A DNA stretch of 26,669 nucleotides. It comes from Elusimicrobiota bacterium. Its GTDB lineage: Bacteria; CG03; SLGR01; JAGXOG01. Under the pieces are notes generated by a model. The model worked only from the letters and a program-made list of their open reading frames with translations. It ran no database searches and had not been told where the DNA came from. The stretch is taken from NCBI GenBank assembly GCA_051745145.1, contig JBNJDT010000018.1:1-26669 (forward strand). Direction: 5' to 3'. Positions within the stretch are counted from its first letter, which is position 1; each line of letters begins with the position of its first letter. Position numbers and translations under genes: made by a program. This document shows, piece after piece, positions 1 through 8,137 of the stretch.

Positions 1-153
1 CCCGAAAATACTCAAGAAGTTGTTAAAAAAATTAAAATTCTTCTTGATAATCCCCGGAAGAGAAAAAAAATGGGAGAAGCCGGCCGGGAAAGAGCGGTAG
101 GAAAATTTGACTGGAAGATACTTAGTAATTCTCTTAAAAATTATATAACATAA
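1..153 (+). CDS. Glycosyltransferase family 4, C-terminal fragment (5' part outside window)
   Basis: Frame 1 is open from base 1 to TAA at 151-153: PENTQEVVKKIKILLDNPRKRKKMGEAGRERAVGKFDWKILSNSLKNYIT. MGEAGRER..FDW is the typical GT4 C-terminal helix motif. Not in the ORF track. Confidence 0.75.
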   Translation, partial: PENTQEVVKKIKILLDNPRKRKKMGEAGRERAVGKFDWKILSNSLKNYIT

Positions 154-306
154 TTTTAATCGAATGCAATTTTATATAAATAAGAGTGTAATAAGAAACT
201 ATGATTTGTAGAAAATTATATAAACAAAAAAGTTTTTTATAAGAACGGCGAAATATATGAGATTATTCATAACAACGTATATTAGTATACAATTGGAAAG
301 CAATTA

Positions 307-1926
307 ATGGGTAAAGTAATAGTTATAGGTTTAGACGGGGCTTCGTATTCTATGATTAAGCAGAATTTGGATAGACTGAATTTTTTTAAAAAATTGCATA
401 ATAACGGAAAATTATTACCTTTGAAGTCGGTTATCCCCCCGGCAACTCTTCCTGCTTGGTCCAGTTCATATACCGGCAAAAATCCGGCAAATATGGGTAT
501 AAGAGGTATGGGTTATATAGATAAAAATTATAAGAGAAGATCTTATAATAGTTCTGATAGAAATTCTCTAGACGTATATGAGCTTGCCGGTGAGTTCGGT
601 AAAGAATGTGTGGTTCTGGGTATGCCTATCACAAGTCCTGTTAGAAAAGTAAATGGGGTCTTGATAAGTGGGAGGTTTAGTATAGACGGTTATCCCAAAG
701 ATTTAAGCGAAAAAATAATTGATAAATATAATTATCAACTTATGCCTTCAAAAATATGTGACATACCTACAACTGAAAAAATGATAAAAGAAAGGTTTAA
801 AACTGCTACGGAGGTATTTAAAAATTATTCCTGGGATCTTGGCATGCTGGGCTTGGAACATTTGGATAATATTTCTCATAATCTTTTACTGGAATCCCCT
901 GAGGAAATAATTGAACTTTATAGAGTAACTGACAATCACCTCCAAAAATTTGTCAATGAATTAGAAGATGAAGTAACGGTTATATTGTACTCGGACCATG
1001 GATTTACTGTTTTTCCAAAGCGTTTTTACGGGGCCAGGTGGTTGAGAGAAAACAATTTTTTAAAATTAAAATCTCAGGATAAGATAAAAAATTCAAGAAA
1101 GAAAACAGATAAGAAAAAGATTAAAAAGTTAAAAGAAAGAAGTCAGAACGTATTTCAATATATTTTTTTTAAAACAATATACAAAAGTAAACAGATGGCC
1201 AGGAGGATATTGCCTGATTTAAATTATCCTAAATTTTTAAGAAAATTTGCCAGATTTGGTCAGGTAAATTTACCGCGGAATACGAAGATGATAGATTATC
1301 CTAAAAGCAGAGCCTTTATGGCCCCGGGTTCAAACAGTAGGTACGGCAGTATATATATAAACAGAAAAAGTTATTTTTCCAAAGGTACGGTCAAAGAAGA
1401 AGAATATCCCCGTGTAAAAGAAAAAATTATAAATAAATTAAAAGAAGCGAAAGGAAAAAATGGAAAAAAATTAATTTCGAAAGTCTGGCGGGCAGAAGAA
1501 TTATATAGCGGGAAATTTAATAAACAATCTCCGGATATAGTTTTTTGCTGTAAAGAAGATTATTTTTCCTCTTCCACTATGTTTAATATTGATAAGGGTA
1601 GTGTGGTGGAAAAGCTTCCCATATCGGGACACGCCCGTACCGGGGTTTTTGGGGCTCTGGGAAAGGATATTAGTAGAAAGAATGAGCTAAAGAATAGCGA
1701 TATTATAGATATTATGCCCACTATTCTTTATTCTCTGGGGTTAAAAATCCCAAAAGATATTGACGGAAAAGTTATGGAAGATATGTTTACCGAAGAATAC
1801 AGAAAACAAAACCCGGTTGAGTTTGTTGATAAAGATACGAAAATTTCTGTGTCATCTAAAAAAATGGAAACAGCAGAAGAAGAAAAGGTAAAACAAAAAC
1901 TGAGAGATTTGGGGTATATTGATTAA
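307..1926 (+). CDS. Alkaline phosphatase superfamily protein (type I phosphodiesterase/nucleotide pyrophosphatase-like)
   Basis: VIVIGLDGA, PPATLPAWSSSYTG (Thr nucleophile), D..SH, YSDHGF, PDI, SGH, DIMPTIL..LG...P..DG and C-terminal KLRDLGY. Confidence 0.85.
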   Translation: MGKVIVIGLDGASYSMIKQNLDRLNFFKKLHNNGKLLPLKSVIPPATLPAWSSSYTGKNPANMGIRGMGYIDKNYKRRSYNSSDRNSLDVYELAGEFGKECVVLGMPITSPVRKVNGVLISGRFSIDGYPKDLSEKIIDKYNYQLMPSKICDIPTTEKMIKERFKTATEVFKNYSWDLGMLGLEHLDNISHNLLLESPEEIIELYRVTDNHLQKFVNELEDEVTVILYSDHGFTVFPKRFYGARWLRENNFLKLKSQDKIKNSRKKTDKKKIKKLKERSQNVFQYIFFKTIYKSKQMARRILPDLNYPKFLRKFARFGQVNLPRNTKMIDYPKSRAFMAPGSNSRYGSIYINRKSYFSKGTVKEEEYPRVKEKIINKLKEAKGKNGKKLISKVWRAEELYSGKFNKQSPDIVFCCKEDYFSSSTMFNIDKGSVVEKLPISGHARTGVFGALGKDISRKNELKNSDIIDIMPTILYSLGLKIPKDIDGKVMEDMFTEEYRKQNPVEFVDKDTKISVSSKKMETAEEEKVKQKLRDLGYID

Positions 1927-1955
1927 TTTAGGGACTATGAAAATTTAAAAATATA

Positions 1956-2609
1956 ATGATTTCTAAAATTTATTCTAAAATAATTAAGTTATTCCGTCCT
2001 GTCGGAAAGAAAAAAGCACCTTCGGCGGGTCCTCTTTCCGAAAAGGTGCGAAGTTTTACTTTGAAAGTTTTAAAAGGCAGAAAGGGGAAGTTTTTGGATG
2101 TGGGTTGCGGCGAAGGATTGTTACTTGAAAAAGTGCTTGAACAAAATTCCAATCTTGAAATTTTCGGTATTGATATGAATTCCGAACAGATAAAAAGATG
2201 CAGAAAGAGGATTAATACCGAAGATTACGAAGTAAATTTATTAACCGGGGATGCCGGTAATCTCCCTTTTAAGGATAATTTTTTTGATATTATTGGGGCG
2301 GTAAATATTTTTTACAATCTTCCGGTTACTAAAATGGAATCTATTTTAGAAGAGATATACAGAGTTTTAAAACCGGGAGGATATTTAATTGCGGATTTCC
2401 GGAATAAAACAAACCCGGTTCTCCGGCTTAGATATCTAATGGCTCCGCTATATGATCCTGATTTTAGAAAAGGCGGAAAAATTTTGAAAACTTATTCAAA
2501 AAAAGAGGTAGAAAGAATTACCCAAAAAGCTGGTTTCTGTATTCAGGATATATATAAGACGGGCCGGTTTATTACGTCGGATAGAGTAGTTGTTTTAAAA
2601 AAAGATTAA
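1956..2609 (+). CDS. Class I SAM-dependent methyltransferase
   Basis: FLDVGCGEG (motif I), GID, GDAGNLPFKDNFFD and RVLKPGG. Confidence 0.9.
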   Translation: MISKIYSKIIKLFRPVGKKKAPSAGPLSEKVRSFTLKVLKGRKGKFLDVGCGEGLLLEKVLEQNSNLEIFGIDMNSEQIKRCRKRINTEDYEVNLLTGDAGNLPFKDNFFDIIGAVNIFYNLPVTKMESILEEIYRVLKPGGYLIADFRNKTNPVLRLRYLMAPLYDPDFRKGGKILKTYSKKEVERITQKAGFCIQDIYKTGRFITSDRVVVLKKD

Positions 2610-2644
2610 ACTAAATTATTTTAGGATTTATAGATAAATTTAAT

Positions 2645-2673
2645 TTGAACACATAAGTAAATCTATCTATAAT
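2645..2673 (+). promoter_or_regulatory. Sigma70-type promoter upstream of the ExeA-like ATPase
   Basis: TTGAAC (2645-2650), 17-bp spacer, TATAAT (2668-2673). Confidence 0.65.
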
Positions 2674-2742
2674 TAATAACATTAACATAACAAAGGGAAA
2701 ATAATTAGATAATAGATAGAAACGGAGAAATAGGAAAATCGG

Positions 2743-3543
2743 ATGTATGTAGATTACTGGAAACTGAAAGAAAAACCTTTTAGGAATACTCCAGACCCAA
2801 AATTTTTATATCACTCGGCACAGCACGAGGAGGCACTTGCCCGCATGAGATATGTGGTCAATGAAGGTATGGGGTGTATGGTTATGAGCGGGGTCTTTGG
2901 TTGCGGTAAGACTCTTTTATTAAATACGTTGACCAAGAATTTATCTGACAAGCAGTTCCACATTGCAAAAATAAATAATCCCCAGCTGGACCCTTCCGGA
3001 TTGCTGCATTCCTTTCTTTATCAGATGGGGGTAAAAGATAAAATACCCTCAAAAAAATCGGGAATGTTAAATAAACTGGATGAAGTTATAGAAGATATTT
3101 ATAATGACGGTAAGCATATACTTCTTATAGTTGATGAGGCTCATGTTATAGGTGAAGTTGATGTGTTTGATGAGTTGCGAATGCTCCTTAACTGGCAAAA
3201 GGATGACAAATACCTTCTTACTCTTATCCTCTCCGGTCAGCCGGAACTTCTTCAATCTGTTTCAAATATAAAACAACTTGCTCAGAGAGTGGGAATAAGA
3301 GCGGAGTTGGATAGATTTCAACTTGATGATACGATCGAGTATATAAATCATAGACTTAAGATAGCCGGCAGTGAAGACCCTATTTTTTCAGATAGAGCTT
3401 ACCAGGAAATATTTGATAATTCCGGCGGGATTCCTAGAAGGATAAACGCGATATGCGATTTAAGTCTTTTGACCGGATTCATACGAAAAAAAAATTTTAT
3501 AGGAGAGGATTTAGTAAAAGATACTATAGGCGATTTAATTTGA
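2743..3543 (+). CDS. ExeA/GspA-family AAA ATPase, stand-alone (no C-terminal peptidoglycan-binding domain)
   Basis: N-terminal MY..YW.L..KPF..TPDP.F.Y.S..H.EAL, Walker A GVFGCGKT, Walker B LIVDEAH, LSGQPEL and SGGIPRRIN. Confidence 0.9.
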   Translation: MYVDYWKLKEKPFRNTPDPKFLYHSAQHEEALARMRYVVNEGMGCMVMSGVFGCGKTLLLNTLTKNLSDKQFHIAKINNPQLDPSGLLHSFLYQMGVKDKIPSKKSGMLNKLDEVIEDIYNDGKHILLIVDEAHVIGEVDVFDELRMLLNWQKDDKYLLTLILSGQPELLQSVSNIKQLAQRVGIRAELDRFQLDDTIEYINHRLKIAGSEDPIFSDRAYQEIFDNSGGIPRRINAICDLSLLTGFIRKKNFIGEDLVKDTIGDLI

Positions 3544-3573
3544 ATCCTTCGGGTTGTAACTAATAGAGGACTC

Positions 3574-4719
3574 ATGAGGAAAATTATTCCTATTTCCGCT
3601 ACCAGTTTTTCTCCTTTTGAAATTTTTGGAGGAAATTCTCCAGCTGGAATTATGACGGATATATTAGGTAAAAATAAATGTCTGCTTTACGGTGCCGGCA
3701 TTGAGGCTCTATATACAGCTTTTAAAGTTGTAAAAGAGTTTAGTGGCAAAGAGGAGATTGTAATACCAGCCTATACTGCAGACGCAGTATATATTGCCGC
3801 TGTTAAAGCGGGATTCCGGGTTAAGTTTTGTGACATGTCTCTTGACAGTTTTAATATGAATATTGATTGTTTAAAAGATGTAGTAAGCAAGGATACTGCA
3901 GCGGTGGTAGCTGTACATCTTTTTGGAATTCCGGAAAATATGAATAAAGTTACTGAAATAACAAATAGAGTTTCCGGGTTTGTTATAGAAGACTCAGCGC
4001 AGGCCCTGGGAAGTACTTATAGGGGAAATCCTGCCGGGAGTATGGGGGATATGTCTGTTATCTCTTTTAATAAAGGCAAAAATCTTCCGGCTTTAACCGG
4101 CGGGGCTTTATTAATGGATAGTGAAGATATGGCGGCGGAAGCTGAAAAATTTTACGAAAGAACCTCATTAAATTTTTTTAAAGAAGTTGAAATGGTGTTG
4201 AAGGCCGGTGCTGTATCTTTGTTGAGTCGTCCGTTGCTTTATGGACTTGTATATTCTTTAACTTCTAAATTCAGAAAAATACCGGCAAAGAGAAAAATTA
4301 GTCCCGGTCCCATGCCTTTGGTAAATCAACGATTAGCCTTTACACTTTTGAAGAGAAGAAAAAATATTTTTGAAGTTAGGCGCCGTAAAGGAAATTTGTT
4401 AAAACAAAAACTTGAGAAGATAGCAGATATAAGATTGCCCCGGTTTTCTTCAGAGAGTAAAACAGTATTCAATAGATTTCCAGTGTTAATTGAAGATGCA
4501 AAAAAGCGAAAAGTAATTAAAAATAGACTTATGAGTGAAGGTATAGAATCCAATTATTACTATGATAGGCCCTTTTATTTTGATAAAGAGAAAATTCCGA
4601 AGAACGCAATTTATTTTAGTAAACATTTATTAACCCTTCCTTCAAACGAATATATGAATAAGGAAAAAATAAAAATTGTCACCAAAGTTTTTCGAGAGGT
4701 ATGCGGTGTTTCCACTTAA
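3574..4719 (+). CDS. DegT/DnrJ/EryC1/StrS-family PLP-dependent sugar aminotransferase
   Basis: VIPAYT, VHLFG, IEDSAQALG, SFNKGKNL (Schiff-base Lys), GG and LTLP. GAGGA RBS upstream. Confidence 0.88.
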   Translation: MRKIIPISATSFSPFEIFGGNSPAGIMTDILGKNKCLLYGAGIEALYTAFKVVKEFSGKEEIVIPAYTADAVYIAAVKAGFRVKFCDMSLDSFNMNIDCLKDVVSKDTAAVVAVHLFGIPENMNKVTEITNRVSGFVIEDSAQALGSTYRGNPAGSMGDMSVISFNKGKNLPALTGGALLMDSEDMAAEAEKFYERTSLNFFKEVEMVLKAGAVSLLSRPLLYGLVYSLTSKFRKIPAKRKISPGPMPLVNQRLAFTLLKRRKNIFEVRRRKGNLLKQKLEKIADIRLPRFSSESKTVFNRFPVLIEDAKKRKVIKNRLMSEGIESNYYYDRPFYFDKEKIPKNAIYFSKHLLTLPSNEYMNKEKIKIVTKVFREVCGVST

Positions 4720-5845
4720 AAATTTTAAAAGGAATCTTCATAAATTTATTCATCAGCCGGGTTATGGTATAAAAGTTTTTTTAAAGAGGCTAAAAGCTTC
4801 TTTTTATTATAAAGGGGGAGAGGGAAAAGCTCCCCTGCCGGAAGCTGTTACTTTATTTCTTACTAAAAGATGTAACCTTAAGTGTAAAATGTGCGGTCAG
4901 TGGGGAGACAAGGGGGTAACCCGCACCGGAGAAAATATCCAGCCGGACATGCCGTTTAAAGAGTTAAAAAAAATTATTTTATCTTTAGCAGAGTTTAAGC
5001 CTTCCATTACTCTTTTTGGGGGAGAACCCCTGCTTTATTCAGAAATAGATAAAGTTATAAAATTAATAAAAAATGAAGATATGCATTGTGTAATGATAAC
5101 CAATGGCTATTTACTTGACAAATATGCAAAGGTTATCACTAAGGAGGAGGTAGATGAACTCAATATTTCTATCGACGGTCCCGGTGAAGTCCATGATGAA
5201 ATAAGAGGTATCAAAGGGCTTTATAATAAGATAAAAAGCGGTGTGAATGCTGTAAATAATATAAGGACAGGAAAAAAACCGCTCATAAATCTGCAGACAA
5301 CTATAACTAAATATAATATGGATAATCTTTTGGATATGCTGGATGTAGCAGAGGATTTCGGAGCTGATTCAATCACTTTTCATCATCTTATATTTCTTAA
5401 TAAAAAAGCTATAGAAAATACTGATTCTGAATATCCCGATCTCGGTACCAAAGATTGGAATGGATTTGTATTTGAACCGGGAATAGATCCTAAAAAGTTA
5501 GTAACTAAAATTGAAAAAATAAAAAGGGAGGGCAGGAAAAGACCTTTTGATGTCAATATTTATCCTAACTTTAGTAAAAAAGAGATAAATGGTTATTATA
5601 CCAGTAAAGATTATTTTCCCGACTCTTACAGCGGTAAGTGTAAATCTTCCTGGATATGTGCTTATATATTTCCCGATGGTGAATTACGCCCCTGTCTTAA
5701 TTTTAAATACAGTTTTGGGAATTTAAAACAGAAAAAATTTAATGATGTGTGGAACGGTAAAAAGGCAATAAAATTCCGAAAGTTACTTACAGAAAATTCT
5801 CGATTTCCCGTCTGTTCGCGATGTACGGAGATTTTTAGATATTGA
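4706..5845 (+). CDS. Radical SAM protein with C-terminal SPASM/Twitch-like domain
   Basis: CNLKCKMC (CxxxCxxC), FGGEPLL, TNG, SIDGP..HD.IRG and C-terminal C..W...I.PDG...PC...CSRC. Start placed at the in-frame GTG at 4706 behind GAGGT, rather than TTG 4676. Confidence 0.9.
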   Translation: MFPLKNFKRNLHKFIHQPGYGIKVFLKRLKASFYYKGGEGKAPLPEAVTLFLTKRCNLKCKMCGQWGDKGVTRTGENIQPDMPFKELKKIILSLAEFKPSITLFGGEPLLYSEIDKVIKLIKNEDMHCVMITNGYLLDKYAKVITKEEVDELNISIDGPGEVHDEIRGIKGLYNKIKSGVNAVNNIRTGKKPLINLQTTITKYNMDNLLDMLDVAEDFGADSITFHHLIFLNKKAIENTDSEYPDLGTKDWNGFVFEPGIDPKKLVTKIEKIKREGRKRPFDVNIYPNFSKKEINGYYTSKDYFPDSYSGKCKSSWICAYIFPDGELRPCLNFKYSFGNLKQKKFNDVWNGKKAIKFRKLLTENSRFPVCSRCTEIFRY

Positions 5846-6951
5846 AAGTTCTTCATATTATAACAAGACTGGATCCGGGTGGTTCCAGCAAAATGTGTTT
5901 ACAAATTTCAAATATGCTTCAGAAAAAAGGCGTAAAATCTTATATAGCCGGGGGAATCAGTTTACAGTTACCGAAAAATGTTATACCGGTCCGTTTTTTA
6001 AAAAGAGAAATATGTCCCGTTATGGATTTGACTGCTGTGCTGGAAATATTTCTATTATGTAAAAAAATAAAACCCGATGTTTTACATTTACATACTTCAA
6101 AAGCCGGTTTTGTCGGTCGAATAGCCGGTTACCTGGCCGGAGTTGAGAGAATATTATACCAGCCCCACGGTATAGTTTTTTACGGATATTTTTCTAAATT
6201 TAAAAGTATGGCGATACTTATTACTGAAAAGCTTCTTGCCCCTTTGGCTAAAAATATTATTGTACTTTCTCCTAAAGCTAAAGAAGAATTTCTTTCTTAC
6301 AGAGTAGGAAAGGAAAAACAGTACCGGGTTCTTGAAAACGGTGTCCGTCCAAGTAATTTTGTGGATGGTAAAAAAAACAGACGTAAGCTAAGAAAAAAAG
6401 TCGGGATCAAAGAGAAGGAAATAGTTTTTGGTATGGCCGGCAGGCTTGTTACTCTTAAGGGACATAAATATTTTATCAAAGCTTTTGCAAAATTAAGCAA
6501 AAAACGGGAGGGAATAAAGGCCGTGATAATAGGCGGGGGGCCGGAAGAAAAAAAGTTAAAGAAATTTGTAAAAAAATTTAATTTAGGTGATAAAGTAGTA
6601 TTTACCGGTTATCGCCAGAATATGGAAAAAGCTATTCATTTGATGGATGTACTGGTCCAACCTTCGATGGTAGAGGGGTTTGGACTTACTTTAATCGAAG
6701 CGGGAGCAGCAAAGATTCCGGCAATAGGGTTTAAGGTAGGGGGGATAAGTGATATAATCGTAGATAATATAACAGGTTTCTTAATAGAAAAGAAGAGCGT
6801 CAGCGGGATTTATCAAGCAATGGATTATTTTACAGAAAATCCTGAAAAAATAGAAGAAATGGGGGGGGAGGCTAAAAAACGGGTAAAGGAAAAGTACACT
6901 CTTAACAAGATGCAGAAAAGACTTTATGAAATTTACGGTGTAGAAAAATGA
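5842..6951 (+). CDS. Glycosyltransferase family 4 (GT-B)
   Basis: MKVLHIITRLDPGG, HTSKAG..GR, NGV, GRLV..KG, PS.VEGFGLTLIEA (EX7E) and GG..DI. TTGA overlap with the upstream stop codon. Confidence 0.92.
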   Translation: MKVLHIITRLDPGGSSKMCLQISNMLQKKGVKSYIAGGISLQLPKNVIPVRFLKREICPVMDLTAVLEIFLLCKKIKPDVLHLHTSKAGFVGRIAGYLAGVERILYQPHGIVFYGYFSKFKSMAILITEKLLAPLAKNIIVLSPKAKEEFLSYRVGKEKQYRVLENGVRPSNFVDGKKNRRKLRKKVGIKEKEIVFGMAGRLVTLKGHKYFIKAFAKLSKKREGIKAVIIGGGPEEKKLKKFVKKFNLGDKVVFTGYRQNMEKAIHLMDVLVQPSMVEGFGLTLIEAGAAKIPAIGFKVGGISDIIVDNITGFLIEKKSVSGIYQAMDYFTENPEKIEEMGGEAKKRVKEKYTLNKMQKRLYEIYGVEK

Positions 6952-7616
6952 GACTGGGTATACATCAGCCCCAGTATATGCCATGGATTGGATATCTGGA
7001 TAAGATAAACAGTTGCGATAAATTTGTTTTTCTGGATGATGTGCAATATAAGAAACGGGAATTTCAGAATAGAAACCGTATAAAGACCCCCCAGGGTTCT
7101 ATGTGGCTCACTGTACCGGTAAAAGTAAAGGGTCGTTATTACCAGAATATAAATGAAGTAATGATAAATAATGATACTAACTGGCGAAAAGATCATATAA
7201 AATCGATTAAACATAATTATAGTAGCTGTCGATATTTTGATAAGTATTATCCTAAAATAAAAACAATAATGATGAAGGGGTGGGATAAGTTATATTTGCT
7301 TAATATGGAAGTTATAAAATTTTTTATGGATGCTTTTGAAATTAAAACACCTTTTGTAATGAGTTCGGATTTAAATATTGAAACTCAGAGGACCCGGCGG
7401 TTAATCGATATTTGTAAAGATCAGGGAGCTGATGAATATATTAGCGGAACCGGTGCAAAAAATTATATGGTTGAAAGCCTTTTTAAAGATGCCGGAATAA
7501 AGCTAACTTACCAGAATTTTGAACATCCTGAATATTCGCAGAATTTTGAAGGTTTTATTTCACATCTTAGCGCTTTAGATTACTTGTTTAACTGCGGTCC
7601 GGAATTGTTTAACTGA
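6948..7616 (+). CDS. wbqC: WbqC-family protein
   Basis: IHQPQYMPWIGY, FVFLDDVQY, QNRNRI, WLTVPV, YISG.G...Y and LS.LD.LFN.GP. ATGA overlap with the GT4 gene. Confidence 0.88.
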   Translation: MRLGIHQPQYMPWIGYLDKINSCDKFVFLDDVQYKKREFQNRNRIKTPQGSMWLTVPVKVKGRYYQNINEVMINNDTNWRKDHIKSIKHNYSSCRYFDKYYPKIKTIMMKGWDKLYLLNMEVIKFFMDAFEIKTPFVMSSDLNIETQRTRRLIDICKDQGADEYISGTGAKNYMVESLFKDAGIKLTYQNFEHPEYSQNFEGFISHLSALDYLFNCGPELFN

Positions 7617-7679
7617 GTAATCCTGTCAGATTTAGTTAAATTACCGAAATTTAATATATAAGAATCCGGTTTAGTTTAT

Positions 7680-7726
7680 TTGACATTTAAATATTGATTT
7701 AATAGGTTATTATGCATTCGTATAAT
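7680..7726 (+). promoter_or_regulatory. Probable promoter(s) for the tRNA-tig-clp operon
   Basis: TTGACA (7680-7685), 17 bp, TAGGTT (7703-7708), plus a second perfect TATAAT at 7721-7726, 12 bp before the tRNA. Confidence 0.55.
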
Positions 7727-7738
7727 TACAATGGGAGT

Positions 7739-7815
7739 GGGCCGCTAGCTCAACCCGGCAGAGCAACGGACTCTTAATCCGTAGGTTCGGGGTTCAATTC
7801 CCCGGCGGCTCACCA
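7739..7815 (+). tRNA. tRNA-Lys (anticodon CTT)
   Basis: Acceptor GGGCCGC/GCGGCTC, D arm GCTC/GAGC, anticodon arm ACGGA-CTCTTAA-TCCGT, T arm CGGGG-TTCAATT-CCCCG, encoded CCA. Confidence 0.96.
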
Positions 7816-7864
7816 TATAAAATAAAATTTTAAAATTTAGTTTAAAATAATATAAAACGTTAGT

Positions 7865-7898
7865 TAAAACAGTAAAACAGTAAAACAGAAAACAGTAA
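7865..7898. repeat. Tandem octamer repeat (TAAAACAG)x3 plus a partial copy
   Basis: TAAAACAG at 7865, 7873 and 7881, then AAAACAGTAA at 7889-7898. Confidence 0.85.
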
Positions 7899-8008
7899 TA
7901 AGATATATAATCGAATGAAGGCTCACCAGCGTGAGACAGTTCGGAGAATAACAGTGAGTAACCTGGCCTGAAGAAGGGGGAATAAATAGAGACTTAAGTA
8001 AGAAAGAA

Positions 8009-8093
8009 GTCGCGGTGGCGGAACTGGCAGACGCGCCAGGCTTAGGACCTGGTTCCTTACGGAGTGCGAGTTCAAATCTCGCCCGCGACACCA
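8009..8093 (+). tRNA. tRNA-Leu (anticodon TAG)
   Basis: Acceptor GTCGCGG/CCGCGAC, D loop GGCAGAC, anticodon arm CCAGG-CTTAGGA-CCTGG, long variable arm TCC-TTAC-GGA, T arm GCGAG-TTCAAAT-CTCGC, encoded CCA. Confidence 0.96.
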
Positions 8094-8137
8094 ATCGGTT
8101 GATAGGGTTAAAATTAAAAGTATAAAAGAGGAGAAAA

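Noticed and set aside
154..306. AT-rich intergenic region with a possible TTCATA-16-TACAAT promoter
   Set aside because: The match is too weak to distinguish from background at this AT content, and no stable structure is seen.
3486..3494. A9 tract in the ExeA-like gene as a phase-variation site
   Set aside because: A/T runs are ubiquitous in this Lys-rich, AT-rich sequence.
4676..4705. ORF-track TTG start of the radical SAM gene
   Set aside because: It gives a long overlap with the DegT gene and lacks an RBS; GTG 4706 has GAGGT at suitable spacing.
7915..7971. 18-codon ORF MKAHQRETVRRITVSNLA in the tRNA spacer
   Set aside because: No RBS, no recognisable motif, and a length expected by chance.
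7968..8005. Hammerhead-like CTGAAGA ... GAAA
   Set aside because: No stem II can form between the two core motifs and the flanking stems are absent.
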